A DNA stretch of 64,000 bases, taken from the IMG/VR virus record IMGVR_UViG_3300022934_002389, positions 62,001-126,000 of that record; one strand, written 5' to 3'. The DNA is from an uncultured virus (IMG/VR IMGVR_UViG_3300022934_002389) (lineage: Duplodnaviria > Heunggongvirae > Uroviricota > Caudoviricetes). Both the position numbers and the translations under genes were made by a program. Under the pieces are notes generated by a model. The model was not told where the DNA came from. It made no database searches and saw only the letters and a program-made list of their open reading frames with translations. Each line of letters starts with the position of its first letter. The stretch's first letter is position 1. Positions 1 to 10,032 of this stretch are shown here, in pieces.

Positions 1-912
1 AACAATCCTCTTAATAAATTAATTTGGGATAAAGTGCAAGAAATGTTTTATTGGAACATTGCACCAGAATCTCCAATATGCCAATTGCCGTTTACACAAG
101 AATTTATTGACGCATGTGAACAAGAATTTTCAATGACTGTTCGTGATATGCATTATCCTATTTCCTTAGGAAAAGTTGATCAATGGTTTGGTAAACGTAT
201 GCAAGATTTTGTAAAAGAAATTGACGCACAATATCAGCACAATTATTTTGTCGGAGAAAATGGAACTAGCACAACTGGTGTAGTAGGAACTATATATGAT
301 GTTGACGAAAAACCTATTACAAACAAATGGAATATTAGAGGACAAGCACTTGTAGACAGATTACAGGCTATGCAAAAAGAAAATCCTAATTTAACAATTT
401 TAGATATGGGTTGCGGAGTTAACGAATACAAAAAACATTTGAATAATGTTACTGGAGTTGATCCGTATAGAGAAGAAGCAGATATTTTGTCCAAGCAAAG
501 TGATTTTATTACGCAAGGTAAAACTTGGGATATAATCATTTGCTTTGGCCCACAGAATTGGTATACTTACGATGAACAATTTAGAAACTTCAAAAAACTC
601 AAAGAATGTTTGGCACCGGGCGGGTTACTTTTGTGGTCGCACGTACATCACTATTATAAAGTATTTCAGCCCGATCATCTTTATGCGCACACTTGGATAC
701 ACGGAGACATGGATCATGCTCAACGTAATAGTGCTTTTTATTTTTATGATCGCGATTGGAAATATACTTGGTATTTCAATTGGACCGAACATGCCGTAGA
801 AACACTTGCTAAACATGTAGGACTGTCTATTGATAAAGTAGATTATGATCATTGTAATTTATATAGACCGCCTATGTATAGAATATTTGTGGAGATGACA
901 CATGAAAAATAG
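1..912 (+). CDS. Class I SAM-dependent methyltransferase (5'-partial)
   Basis: ILDMGCG motif I, GVDPY, LAPGGLL; frame is open back to position 1, so the start lies outside the window. Confidence 0.75.
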   Translation, partial: NNPLNKLIWDKVQEMFYWNIAPESPICQLPFTQEFIDACEQEFSMTVRDMHYPISLGKVDQWFGKRMQDFVKEIDAQYQHNYFVGENGTSTTGVVGTIYDVDEKPITNKWNIRGQALVDRLQAMQKENPNLTILDMGCGVNEYKKHLNNVTGVDPYREEADILSKQSDFITQGKTWDIIICFGPQNWYTYDEQFRNFKKLKECLAPGGLLLWSHVHHYYKVFQPDHLYAHTWIHGDMDHAQRNSAFYFYDRDWKYTWYFNWTEHAVETLAKHVGLSIDKVDYDHCNLYRPPMYRIFVEMTHEK

Positions 913-1471
913 ATGGGACGTAACAGTAGCAGCGTCTAATTATCATTGGGATCCTAACGCAAACGATAGCAATACTATTAGAATAATAAGTAATGTGTTT
1001 GATGAATGGAATGATGAAATCGAACGTGCTATAGAATTACAAAAACCTGTTATTAGTGACGGAACAATCGAAAAGCACATATCTGCCGGAACGCACATGT
1101 ATAACGGAGTTATAGTTGATACTACAGAATTTCCAATACTCGGTAGTATCGGTAAAAAACTAGGATTTGAAGAATATAATACAAGTATTCAAACACAAAC
1201 TACTGGAATGACAACTCCATTGCATATAGATTCATCTTCTGGAGATAAAGAAAGAGTTATTGTTATGCTTCAAGACTGGTACTGGGGACAAATACTTCAA
1301 TTTGGTAATATAGTATTACATAATTGGAAAGCAGGGGATGTATTATATTTTAGTATCAATGGTACACCGCATAGTACAGCAAATTTAAGTCCACATAGTA
1401 GAACTATAGCAAAAATTACAGGACGCACAACAGATGCATTTGAAAAATTATTAAAGGGAGAGTCTCAGTGA
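902..1471 (+). CDS. Fe(II)/2OG oxygenase-like (cupin) protein, paralog 1
   Basis: PLHID...PHSTAN...R (HxD...H facial triad); WKAGDV. Confidence 0.6.
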   Translation: MKNRWDVTVAASNYHWDPNANDSNTIRIISNVFDEWNDEIERAIELQKPVISDGTIEKHISAGTHMYNGVIVDTTEFPILGSIGKKLGFEEYNTSIQTQTTGMTTPLHIDSSSGDKERVIVMLQDWYWGQILQFGNIVLHNWKAGDVLYFSINGTPHSTANLSPHSRTIAKITGRTTDAFEKLLKGESQ

Positions 1472-1495
1472 AAAATAGATGGGACGTAACAGTAG
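903..1495 (+). repeat. 27-nt direct repeat TGAAAAATAGATGGGACGTAACAGTAG at 903-929 and 1469-1495
   Basis: Exact match read from the sequence at the starts of the two oxygenase paralogs. Confidence 0.9.
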
Positions 1496-2130
1496 AACAA
1501 AGTAATTATGATTTTAATCCGTTTAGAGAAAGTGATCATGGCAAAAGCTTTAGAACAGTAGGAAATATAGAACCTACATGGAAAGATGAAATACCTATTG
1601 CAAATGCTAATCAATACGACTTTTATTGGCCTTCGCCTGTGTCTCCAGAAGGCGACAGTTTTAATTATGACTATGAAGAATTGCTTTGCAAGGATTGGGG
1701 TATACCTTTAGACTTTGTTGTATACAGACAGTGGACAACAACGGATGAAACACCAATACTAAACAGTCTAGCCGAACAAATCGGTTTAGAAAATGCACAA
1801 ACAAATATTCAAACTCAACATACAGGAATGATGCTACATTTACATATAGATAGTTTAACTGGTTTACGAAAAGAACGTACAGATCAAACAAGTAGTAGAG
1901 CAACAGACGATGAATGGGGTAGATGCTTTGTAATGCTTGATGATTGGGCACCTGGACATATTATTCAATTTGGTAATACCTACGTACCACCTTGGCATGC
2001 AGGAGATGTAATTTGGTTTGATTGGGCAAACATACCACATAGCACTGCTAACACTGGACCATGGCCTAGAAACATTGCAAAAATTACAGGTAAAGTTACG
2101 CAAAGGTATAAAGAGTTTGTTGGAATCTAA
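1468..2130 (+). CDS. Fe(II)/2OG oxygenase-like (cupin) protein, paralog 2
   Basis: LHID...PHSTAN...R; GTG start overlaps the upstream stop; same N-terminus as paralog 1. Confidence 0.6.
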   Translation: MKNRWDVTVEQSNYDFNPFRESDHGKSFRTVGNIEPTWKDEIPIANANQYDFYWPSPVSPEGDSFNYDYEELLCKDWGIPLDFVVYRQWTTTDETPILNSLAEQIGLENAQTNIQTQHTGMMLHLHIDSLTGLRKERTDQTSSRATDDEWGRCFVMLDDWAPGHIIQFGNTYVPPWHAGDVIWFDWANIPHSTANTGPWPRNIAKITGKVTQRYKEFVGI

Positions 2131-3226
2131 ACCTAGTTGTTGGTTTGCTTATAAAGGTTTATCTGTAGATTCTACAGGCAATCTAAATCCTTGCGGCCAT
2201 AGCACTTATAAGTTTGGAAAATTTACTGACTACAACTCTTTGAATGTTGACAGAACAAATGCTATAAAAGATTTTGATCAACATGTTCCGAAAGGGTGCA
2301 TTTCTTGTACAAATAGAGAAGTGAGAAACGAACAAAGTAGACGTTTATATCATTACGATTGGTTCAGTCAACAGGTAAATTTTGATATAGAATTTTTAGA
2401 TATTGATATAGGTAATCTATGCAATCTCAAATGTAGAATGTGTAATCCTGGACAGTCGTCTAGTTGGATAAAAGATGGACACCTTAAAGATAAAGTTGAT
2501 TTTACGTTAGACGATTTTGATAATAATAAGATTCTTGATAATATAAATGGCGATATGATAAAATTTTTATCTAGTTTAGATTCTTTAAGGTATATTATTA
2601 TAAAAGGTGGAGAACCTTTTATGCATCCAAGATTCTTTGAGTTTATAGAATGTATTCCAAACAAGCATAACGTAAAATTACAGATTATTACCAATGGCAC
2701 ACATAAATTGACTAAAGATGAAAAGAGATTGTTTGCTAAATTTGATAAACTGAATATTTTCTTTTCAGTAGAATCTGATGGAGAGATGTATCAATACATT
2801 AGAGGCGGAAAATTTACATTTGAAGAATCATTAGATAATTGGAAATCTTACAAAACGTTTCCTAATGCAAATGAAATTGGATGGATTTATACTGCAAACA
2901 TTTATGGTATCTATAATTTTGATAGTTTACAGAGTAAAATAGAAAACTCTATTGATTTTGGACATCAAGTTCTTGATCCTATGTATTTGAATCCGTTGAT
3001 TACACCTTTACATATAAAACAAAAAATATTAGAAACTACAAACTATTCTCATTGGAAAAAATATTTTGCAACTAGTGCAACAGATTTGTTTGGTATAAGC
3101 ATAGACAAACAATACAAACTTTTATGCAATTTGTATTCTTACACAACAACATTAGATAATATTAGAAGACAACACCTTTTAGATGTAGAGCCCAGGTTTG
3201 AGTGGATTTATGAATACAACAAATAA
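2117..3226 (+). CDS. Radical SAM protein with N-terminal SPASM/twitch-like Cys region
   Basis: CNLKCRMC motif, GGEPF, N-terminal C..PC..CxxC; TTG start near 2117 preferred over 2018 to avoid overlap. Confidence 0.8.
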   Translation: MLESKPSCWFAYKGLSVDSTGNLNPCGHSTYKFGKFTDYNSLNVDRTNAIKDFDQHVPKGCISCTNREVRNEQSRRLYHYDWFSQQVNFDIEFLDIDIGNLCNLKCRMCNPGQSSSWIKDGHLKDKVDFTLDDFDNNKILDNINGDMIKFLSSLDSLRYIIIKGGEPFMHPRFFEFIECIPNKHNVKLQIITNGTHKLTKDEKRLFAKFDKLNIFFSVESDGEMYQYIRGGKFTFEESLDNWKSYKTFPNANEIGWIYTANIYGIYNFDSLQSKIENSIDFGHQVLDPMYLNPLITPLHIKQKILETTNYSHWKKYFATSATDLFGISIDKQYKLLCNLYSYTTTLDNIRRQHLLDVEPRFEWIYEYNK

Positions 3227-3245
3227 TTAGTGTATAGGAGAAGGT

Positions 3246-3989
3246 ATGATTGAAAAAGGCGTTACAATAGATTTACACGGAACCAAAAGAATTGGTATGA
3301 AATTGTCAGGTGGACCTGACAGTGCAATGATTCTTTATATGATTTGTAAAAAAATAACTGATGAGAATATAGATATTGAATATATTCAACCAATTACTGC
3401 TACAGCAGATGTTAAACCATACAATATAAAATTTGCCAGAAGAGTAATTGAATGGATGCGAAATAGATATCCTAATATTGAAATCAAAGATACACATTGT
3501 GCTGTATGCAGATATGAAGAATATAATTCTCGACAAGAAGAATTAGTAAGGGATTTAATTTTAAACAGAGATATTGATATTACATTTGCAGGAATTACAG
3601 CAAATCCTCCCGATGAAAAAGGCAGGAATTTTTGGCCTTGCAATCCTAAATACACTAGAGCAATTGAATTAGACTTTGACGAGCATCCTGAAGACATTTC
3701 AAATGCAGATTGGAATACAAGAGCAGTTGAAAGAGACGAACCTGATGTCGAAGTTTATTGGTCTACTTGGAGAGGCAAGGACGAAAAAGTTCCAATGGTA
3801 AGACCTTTTATTAATCATGATAAAAGGAAAGTAGCAGAATTATATCATCACTACGATATTATGGAATTGTTTGATATAACAAGATCTTGTGAAAACAGAG
3901 ATGGTCCTGCGCTAAACGATTTCGAAGATCATTGCGAAACAGAATGTTGGTGGTGCTATGAACGTAGATGGGCCTTTGGGCGAGTTTAA
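3246..3989 (+). CDS. QueC-like PP-loop ATPase
   Basis: SGGPDS PP-loop; C-terminal TRSC...C...CWWC zinc site as in the QueC family; SD AGGAG upstream. Confidence 0.6.
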   Translation: MIEKGVTIDLHGTKRIGMKLSGGPDSAMILYMICKKITDENIDIEYIQPITATADVKPYNIKFARRVIEWMRNRYPNIEIKDTHCAVCRYEEYNSRQEELVRDLILNRDIDITFAGITANPPDEKGRNFWPCNPKYTRAIELDFDEHPEDISNADWNTRAVERDEPDVEVYWSTWRGKDEKVPMVRPFINHDKRKVAELYHHYDIMELFDITRSCENRDGPALNDFEDHCETECWWCYERRWAFGRV

Positions 3990-4818
3990 GTATACAGGCT
4001 GGCACATTGAACTAACAAACAGATGTCCACTAGCATGTCCTGCATGTATTAGAACTATGCACGGGCCTGGTTCTAAGTCAGACATTGATACTAAATTACT
4101 TCTCAACTTTTTGCCTAATCCTGAAAAATATGATTACATATTTTTTCAAGGTAATTTGGGAGATCCTATATATCATCCTGATTTCCACAAAATTTCAGAA
4201 CATTTTTTCCCAGCAAATGAATTACAAGTTACAACAAATGGAATGCAAACAAAAGAGTTTTGGCAAAGAGTGCTAGAAACATGGCCCGAGTCTAGTATTG
4301 TTGAACTTAGTATAGACGGCCTACAAGACACTAATAGCATATACAGAGTTAACAGTAATTGGAACAAAATACAAGAACTTTTTGAACTTATAGCAACTAC
4401 TAAACGCAAATGTCAGATTATATGGAAGTATATTGTTTTTGAACACAATCATCATCAAGTTGAAGAAGCAATAGCCTTAAGTAAAAAAATAGGCATGAAT
4501 GAATTTAAAATTAAAAAAAGTTGGACTATACATGATGACATGTCCAATAATGGCCAAGTTAAAGACTATTATAATCCAGAATGGTTTGATTATGTAAAAA
4601 GAGAAACACTTGACGAATTAGCACCTTTCTGTTATACTGGAGACATGCATTATATAAATTCGCAAGGTAACTATTATCCTTGTTGTTGGATAGATAACGA
4701 CATAAGTTCTGTAGGACACATATCAGAAGGTTTAGATAGTATTAAAGATAAATTTTTAAACTTTAGTAACTTATTAATTTGGAGTAAATGTCCTAAAGTA
4801 TGCAAAAATGTGTTGTAA
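3958..4818 (+). CDS. Radical SAM protein
   Basis: CPLACPAC, GNLGDP, SIDG, C-terminal YPCC; start uncertain. Confidence 0.8.
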   Translation: MNVDGPLGEFKYTGWHIELTNRCPLACPACIRTMHGPGSKSDIDTKLLLNFLPNPEKYDYIFFQGNLGDPIYHPDFHKISEHFFPANELQVTTNGMQTKEFWQRVLETWPESSIVELSIDGLQDTNSIYRVNSNWNKIQELFELIATTKRKCQIIWKYIVFEHNHHQVEEAIALSKKIGMNEFKIKKSWTIHDDMSNNGQVKDYYNPEWFDYVKRETLDELAPFCYTGDMHYINSQGNYYPCCWIDNDISSVGHISEGLDSIKDKFLNFSNLLIWSKCPKVCKNVL

Positions 4819-4883
4819 AATTAGTGATAACGATAAAGAAATGATTACACCTAACAACGTTGTTGATAGAAAAATAATAGTAA

Positions 4884-6173
4884 ATGATTGAATTAGGAAT
4901 TTGGAGTGGTATCGGTTTACTAACTGGTCTTTTAGCCGGGTTAGTGCCAGGTGCTGGTCCATTTGTTGCTATTGGTGTCTTATACCCGTTTTTAGCGTCA
5001 ACTAGTGCGGTTAATATTATGGCGTGTTATGTTGCTATACTCATTACCACTAACTATACTAATAGTGTTACAGCAATCTTATACGGTATACCCGGAGATG
5101 CTACTGCAATTAGCACAGCAAGATACGGACATAAAATGTTTCAAAAAGGCGCAGGCGGCCTTGCTGTAACAAGTAACGCAATTAGTAGCACCGTTGGTGT
5201 AGCATTTGCAATGTGTTTGTTTTTAGTTGCCTTGCCTAGTATTATGCATGTATTCAAATTTTATAACAGTATTATACAAACAATTGTAATACTAGTTGCA
5301 ATATGTATGATTACATTTTTTACAAAACAGAATAAACTTTTGACATTATTACTGTTTTGTTTTGGAGGATTAATATCACATCAAGGAATTGATCCGATTA
5401 CATTTGATCAGTTTCTTGTTTTTAACAATTTTTATCTTAGTTTAGGAATACCTTTTGCAAGTGTAATGATTGGATTGTATCTGTTTCCTGAGATACTAAA
5501 AATTCATAACATTTCTATTTCCCAACCTAGCAAGATAAGTAAGTATGCAATAGGAAAAGGCACATTTGGTCCAAGCCTGTTAGGTAGCTTTATTGGATTT
5601 TGGTGCGGTCTTATTCCTGGCATAACGAATATTCTTGGTAGTTATGCTAGTGCAGGCATTGTAAAACGCTTTTTTAAAAAGCCTGTACTTAAAAGCATTG
5701 CTGCCGCAGAGGCTGCTAACAATAGTGGAGCATTATCCAGTTTGTTGCCTTTGCTAATCCTTGCTATACCTATTACGGGTAGTGAAGTAATTGTGTACTA
5801 CTTGATGTTAGAAAGTGGTTATCAATTTAATATAGAAAACACAGTAGACAAACTGTCTTCTATACTTTACTTTATACCGGTAGTGACATTAATATGTTTA
5901 CTTTTAAGTTGGTATGGTTTTAACCTGTTAGGTCAAATAGTGTATCTTTATAAACAATATAGAGTATATGCAAATACGTTGATCCTAACTACTATAAGTG
6001 TAATAAGTGTCGTTATCTTTCCTATACACGAATGGATGGTAGCATGTATACTGATTGCAATGGTACTAGGATATTTTCTACGAAATTACGATACGAGCCC
6101 AGTCATTTATGGATATTTCCTTAGTGACTTGTTCTATGAAAGTTTTGTAAGGACTGTTATAATATTATCTTAG
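4884..6173 (+). CDS. tctA: Tripartite tricarboxylate transporter large permease (TctA-like)
   Basis: Highly hydrophobic; GLVPG, GIPGD, GLIPG and AAEAANN motifs typical of TctA. Confidence 0.8.
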   Translation: MIELGIWSGIGLLTGLLAGLVPGAGPFVAIGVLYPFLASTSAVNIMACYVAILITTNYTNSVTAILYGIPGDATAISTARYGHKMFQKGAGGLAVTSNAISSTVGVAFAMCLFLVALPSIMHVFKFYNSIIQTIVILVAICMITFFTKQNKLLTLLLFCFGGLISHQGIDPITFDQFLVFNNFYLSLGIPFASVMIGLYLFPEILKIHNISISQPSKISKYAIGKGTFGPSLLGSFIGFWCGLIPGITNILGSYASAGIVKRFFKKPVLKSIAAAEAANNSGALSSLLPLLILAIPITGSEVIVYYLMLESGYQFNIENTVDKLSSILYFIPVVTLICLLLSWYGFNLLGQIVYLYKQYRVYANTLILTTISVISVVIFPIHEWMVACILIAMVLGYFLRNYDTSPVIYGYFLSDLFYESFVRTVIILS

Positions 6174-6181
6174 GAGAAAAA

Positions 6182-6949
6182 ATGAAAAAATTTATCACAG
6201 CACTAACAGCAATGTTTATTGCAACATCTGCAAACGCAGAAATTTTAATTGTAAATCCAGGTTCAGAAGAGGGTGCTTTTAGACAAGTATTGACTGAAAT
6301 TGGAAACAAAATTGATCATCAATTTGTACAGGCAAATAATCCTGTAACAGCATCAACCTATTTAGCAAAAGGCAATGCACTTACTATTTGGAGTAGTGAA
6401 TGGCCTGGAGATCCTAAAATGCCATCAGTAGAAGTAAGTGAAGACACACTTGTTGCTCTAATGACATATGAAACTATGATGTGTAGTAGAGAATTTACAA
6501 CACTAGAAGATCTTAACGGACAGGAAGTAAAGATTGCAACATGGGGTAGCGCACCAGTAGCGAAATTCTTAGGAAACTTAGAACAAGCAACAGGAGCAAC
6601 ATTTACAGTTGTACCATTTGGTGGTAGTGGTAGTACAACAAAAGGTTATCTTGCAGGTGATGCAGATACAGTGTTTACTATTACAACTAGACAAACTGCT
6701 ATCGAAGAAGATGCAAACACAACATGTTTTGCATTTAGTGAAACAGGCGATCTAGGTTTCCGTTTTGTTGATGCAATCAACACAGTTTGGCTAGACAACA
6801 ACACTACAACAGAACTTCGTGCAATTGTTGGTAATTTGTCTATGACACCAGAATGGCAAGATAAGTTTTCAGGCACAAAAACTTATATTGGCGGAACACC
6901 AACAAATGTTGCTATGTTTGAAGAAGCGGTAGAAAACTTCTCACAATGA
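6182..6949 (+). CDS. Periplasmic substrate-binding protein (TctC/Bug-like)
   Basis: Signal peptide ending ANA; VPFGGSG..GYLAGDAD resembles the TctC motif; follows tctA; SD AGGAG. Confidence 0.6.
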   Translation: MKKFITALTAMFIATSANAEILIVNPGSEEGAFRQVLTEIGNKIDHQFVQANNPVTASTYLAKGNALTIWSSEWPGDPKMPSVEVSEDTLVALMTYETMMCSREFTTLEDLNGQEVKIATWGSAPVAKFLGNLEQATGATFTVVPFGGSGSTTKGYLAGDADTVFTITTRQTAIEEDANTTCFAFSETGDLGFRFVDAINTVWLDNNTTTELRAIVGNLSMTPEWQDKFSGTKTYIGGTPTNVAMFEEAVENFSQ

Positions 6950-7467
6950 ACTTCGAAATTAGACGCCTTTATGTAGATAATCTACCTAGTCAGATATATG
7001 ACTTTATGCAGTCGTGTGCTGAACAAGGATTAGAAAACAATGTTTCAAAGGTGTCTATGAAGTTTGGTAAATGGAAAGATGAAGCGTGGTGGTGTACTTG
7101 GGTTGACAATAAAATTGTTAGCATAAGCGGCTGCCACGCTTTTGACGATTATATACCAGATAGTTACAGAGTTTGTTTGCGCACTGCAACACTTAAAGAA
7201 TACAGAGGAAAAGCACCAGGAAGTATAAAAAAGATGCATAATGATTTTAATTGGGGTCATATACTTCCTTATCAAATTGAGTATGCTAAAAGCAAAGGTG
7301 CTAAAAGAATAGTTTTTACAACAAATAGTGAAGTTGACAAAAGTCCAAACAGTTTTAGGACCAACAGGGTTGTTGAAAAAGTTTTCATTCCGCAAGGATT
7401 GTGTAGACTTGTTGAAAAAGATGCAGAAGTCTTCTATACGAAGCAAAATATTTGGGAAGTGATATGA
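6946..7467 (+). CDS. GNAT-like acetyltransferase
   Basis: KIVSISG...TLKEYRGK...EYAKSKGAKRI pattern. Confidence 0.5.
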   Translation: MNFEIRRLYVDNLPSQIYDFMQSCAEQGLENNVSKVSMKFGKWKDEAWWCTWVDNKIVSISGCHAFDDYIPDSYRVCLRTATLKEYRGKAPGSIKKMHNDFNWGHILPYQIEYAKSKGAKRIVFTTNSEVDKSPNSFRTNRVVEKVFIPQGLCRLVEKDAEVFYTKQNIWEVI

Positions 7468-8105
7468 ACGAACAATTGATTGCAATGCAAAGATTAGCCA
7501 TGATGGGAGATTGGTTAGAATTAGATGTTTTTCATCATGATAATCTTATGAAAGAAATTGAACCATTCAAAGATGATTGGAAACCATACAATACTAGAAA
7601 ACCTAACAATAGATGGGGATTAAGTGTTACTAGTTTAGATGGTGGTTTGAGCGGCATTCCTGACTTAGACAGTCTTTCAGAATACAATAAAAAATATAAT
7701 ACTAATATTACCAATCATGACATAGACAAGCCTACACCTGTATATGAGGCTAGTCCTACATTGCAAAGCATTTTAGAACCTTTTAAACCATGGCTAGGAC
7801 GCTGTCATTTTTTAAAATTAGATGAAGGTGGCTTTTTTCCTGAACACTATGATATTAATAAAACAACATATGATTACGATGAAATAAGATTGATTGGTTT
7901 TGTTCATAACTGTAATAAACATTTTTTAAAATTTGTTTATGAAGATACAATACCACAGTATGATGATAGTAATTTATTCTACTTCAATGCTAATAAAAGA
8001 CACACTGTTTTTAGCACAGTTGATGATTGTATTATGCTTGTTGTTTGTTTAAAATTTGATACAGGATGTTATAAAGCTTTACTTGACCAATATATTTGCT
8101 CGTAG
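7464..8105 (+). CDS. Fe(II)/2OG oxygenase (Asp/Asn hydroxylase-like)
   Basis: GGFFPEHYD...KRHTV triad; ATG at 7464. Confidence 0.55.
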   Translation: MNEQLIAMQRLAMMGDWLELDVFHHDNLMKEIEPFKDDWKPYNTRKPNNRWGLSVTSLDGGLSGIPDLDSLSEYNKKYNTNITNHDIDKPTPVYEASPTLQSILEPFKPWLGRCHFLKLDEGGFFPEHYDINKTTYDYDEIRLIGFVHNCNKHFLKFVYEDTIPQYDDSNLFYFNANKRHTVFSTVDDCIMLVVCLKFDTGCYKALLDQYICS

Positions 8106-9398
8106 TTTATTGTTTACTGAATTATAATTATCAAATAATTCTTTTTCATTTGTTCCTGTAATATCTAAATTTACATTAAAATTTTTATCTTGTAAATTTT
8201 GAAATGCAGGAATGCGTATGCCTGTCTTTATTTCAGTGTTTTGTTTATTTAGATATGGTGTAATATTTTCTAAATTTTTTACTTCTTTAATTTTTCCAGG
8301 TTGTAATACAGCACATCCCCATAATAGTCTTTTTTGTAAATTTATTTCTTTTCCTTGCAACATATTACTAATAATTTTGCCATCGTTCATTCTGTCTAAA
8401 ATGTTAACAAATTGTCCTGGTCTTGGATTAAAGTCAATAGCAACCTTTCTACCATTGTTAAAATGAAAGTCAGGACCTGCAAAAAACATATCTTTGATTG
8501 CAAGTTTATCTACAATAGTTTGCAAGAAGAATTGACATAATCCTGGAAAATCTGTAGGAACTTCATCTGCGGTTACAATCCATACTGCACGTTCTCTAAC
8601 AATATCACTTTTTTTACTTTTACTATGACTTTCTATTGGATTGCTATTATGATCTAATTCGTCGCCATATTTTATCTTACTATTTTTTACATAGAATGCA
8701 ATGTTTACTTTTCCATCTTTTACATATCCGTAAGGACTAATACTAGGTTCTTCGCTCCAAATATATTCTTGAAACATAATTTTACACGGTTTAAAATTAA
8801 AACGTTGTGTATGTATACCTTGTCTGTTAAGATCAAAAAATTCATTGTGTATATTCTTAGATTTAATATGATCTAAGAAATGATGCATGTTATTCCATCT
8901 TCTATATTCTATTACAGGATTGCTTGCATCGTCACCTGGATAAAAGACGTTACTTCCTGTACCAATGTCTGGTTTACTAAACATTTCTTTGTTTTTAAAT
9001 GCTTTTAGTTGGTTGTAAAATGTAGGAGTAATACTTTTTGGTACTAGTACATCCATACCAACTTGTCTACAAAAGTCATCAAACTTCTGTTTGTTGCTCA
9101 ATATTTCTGCTGCAAATGCACTTATATTTTTAATGCCGTAAAATGATTCTAGTTGTGCTTGAATAGGAAGTAAGTTTTCGCTAATAGTATAAATTCTGTC
9201 TACACAACTGAAACGTTTTGTAATTTCAAGAATGTCAAACCCTTTACAAATAAACACTTCTTGTGGTAGATCTATAAAATGTTCATGATCTGGTGCAGGT
9301 TCAAAATCAGTTACAATACTACAATTTTTTCTTAATGCTGTAACAAGGCCTTCGCATTTGTTTAAACTTCGTTCATGTGCTATTATTAGTGTTTTCAT
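8079..9398 (-). CDS. ATP-grasp domain protein
   Basis: NKQKF, KPDIGTGS, FQEYI, IDFNPRPG. Confidence 0.7.
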   Translation of the reverse strand: MKTLIIAHERSLNKCEGLVTALRKNCSIVTDFEPAPDHEHFIDLPQEVFICKGFDILEITKRFSCVDRIYTISENLLPIQAQLESFYGIKNISAFAAEILSNKQKFDDFCRQVGMDVLVPKSITPTFYNQLKAFKNKEMFSKPDIGTGSNVFYPGDDASNPVIEYRRWNNMHHFLDHIKSKNIHNEFFDLNRQGIHTQRFNFKPCKIMFQEYIWSEEPSISPYGYVKDGKVNIAFYVKNSKIKYGDELDHNSNPIESHSKSKKSDIVRERAVWIVTADEVPTDFPGLCQFFLQTIVDKLAIKDMFFAGPDFHFNNGRKVAIDFNPRPGQFVNILDRMNDGKIISNMLQGKEINLQKRLLWGCAVLQPGKIKEVKNLENITPYLNKQNTEIKTGIRIPAFQNLQDKNFNVNLDITGTNEKELFDNYNSVNNKLRANILVK

Positions 9399-10032
9399 TT
9401 ATATCATGCTTTATCATATTCATACACATTATATACGCATTTTCAGAATATTGCAACCTAATTTTTTCTTCTTTGTACGGATATTTTTGTATAGTTTTTG
9501 ACATGTTAAATGTATTTTGTCTAGTATCTTCTTCTAATGGAATTATTGGCTTGATAACTTCAAATGAATTATTTTTGTTCATAAAGCCGTGATAGCAATT
9601 TGCAAGCCTAATATGGCTGATGTTTTTTGCTTGATCGCAAAATTCAGTTATGTTATCACACCAATTGTCTAGTTCTGCACTGTAGACTGTAGTGTTTGAA
9701 TAATCTTTTGATAAAGTTTCTTTTGTAAAACCTAGCATACCTGGATAAAATATATGATTACTAACAAACTTTTCTGAATGAACTAACCCTAAATATCCAC
9801 CTAAACTTAATCCAATGTGTATGCATTCGTCCGGAAAAGGAATATCATAGATCATTTCTTGTAGTGTAACATCATGTTCATCTTCTAATGTCCAGTACAA
9901 GCAATCTATACCGTGCGGGCTAAAGTAATCATTTAAGATTACTTCATGCCCTAATTCTTCAAATTCTTTTTTAAGTTTTAACTCACAATTACCAATGCCC
10001 CCACTTCCGTGAGATATTACAATTGGTAACAA
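9373..10032 (-). CDS. Alpha/beta hydrolase (dienelactone hydrolase-like)
   Basis: HGSGG, GLSLGG nucleophile elbow, D and HGF triad residues. Confidence 0.7.
   Translation of the reverse strand: MLPIVISHGSGGIGNCELKLKKEFEELGHEVILNDYFSPHGIDCLYWTLEDEHDVTLQEMIYDIPFPDECIHIGLSLGGYLGLVHSEKFVSNHIFYPGMLGFTKETLSKDYSNTTVYSAELDNWCDNITEFCDQAKNISHIRLANCYHGFMNKNNSFEVIKPIIPLEEDTRQNTFNMSKTIQKYPYKEEKIRLQYSENAYIMCMNMIKHDINENTNNST

Noticed and set aside
3246..3989. Assigning the QueC-like gene to the deazaguanine pathway
   Set aside because: It lies 20 kb away among radical SAM genes and is divergent; preQ0 synthase activity cannot be claimed from motifs alone
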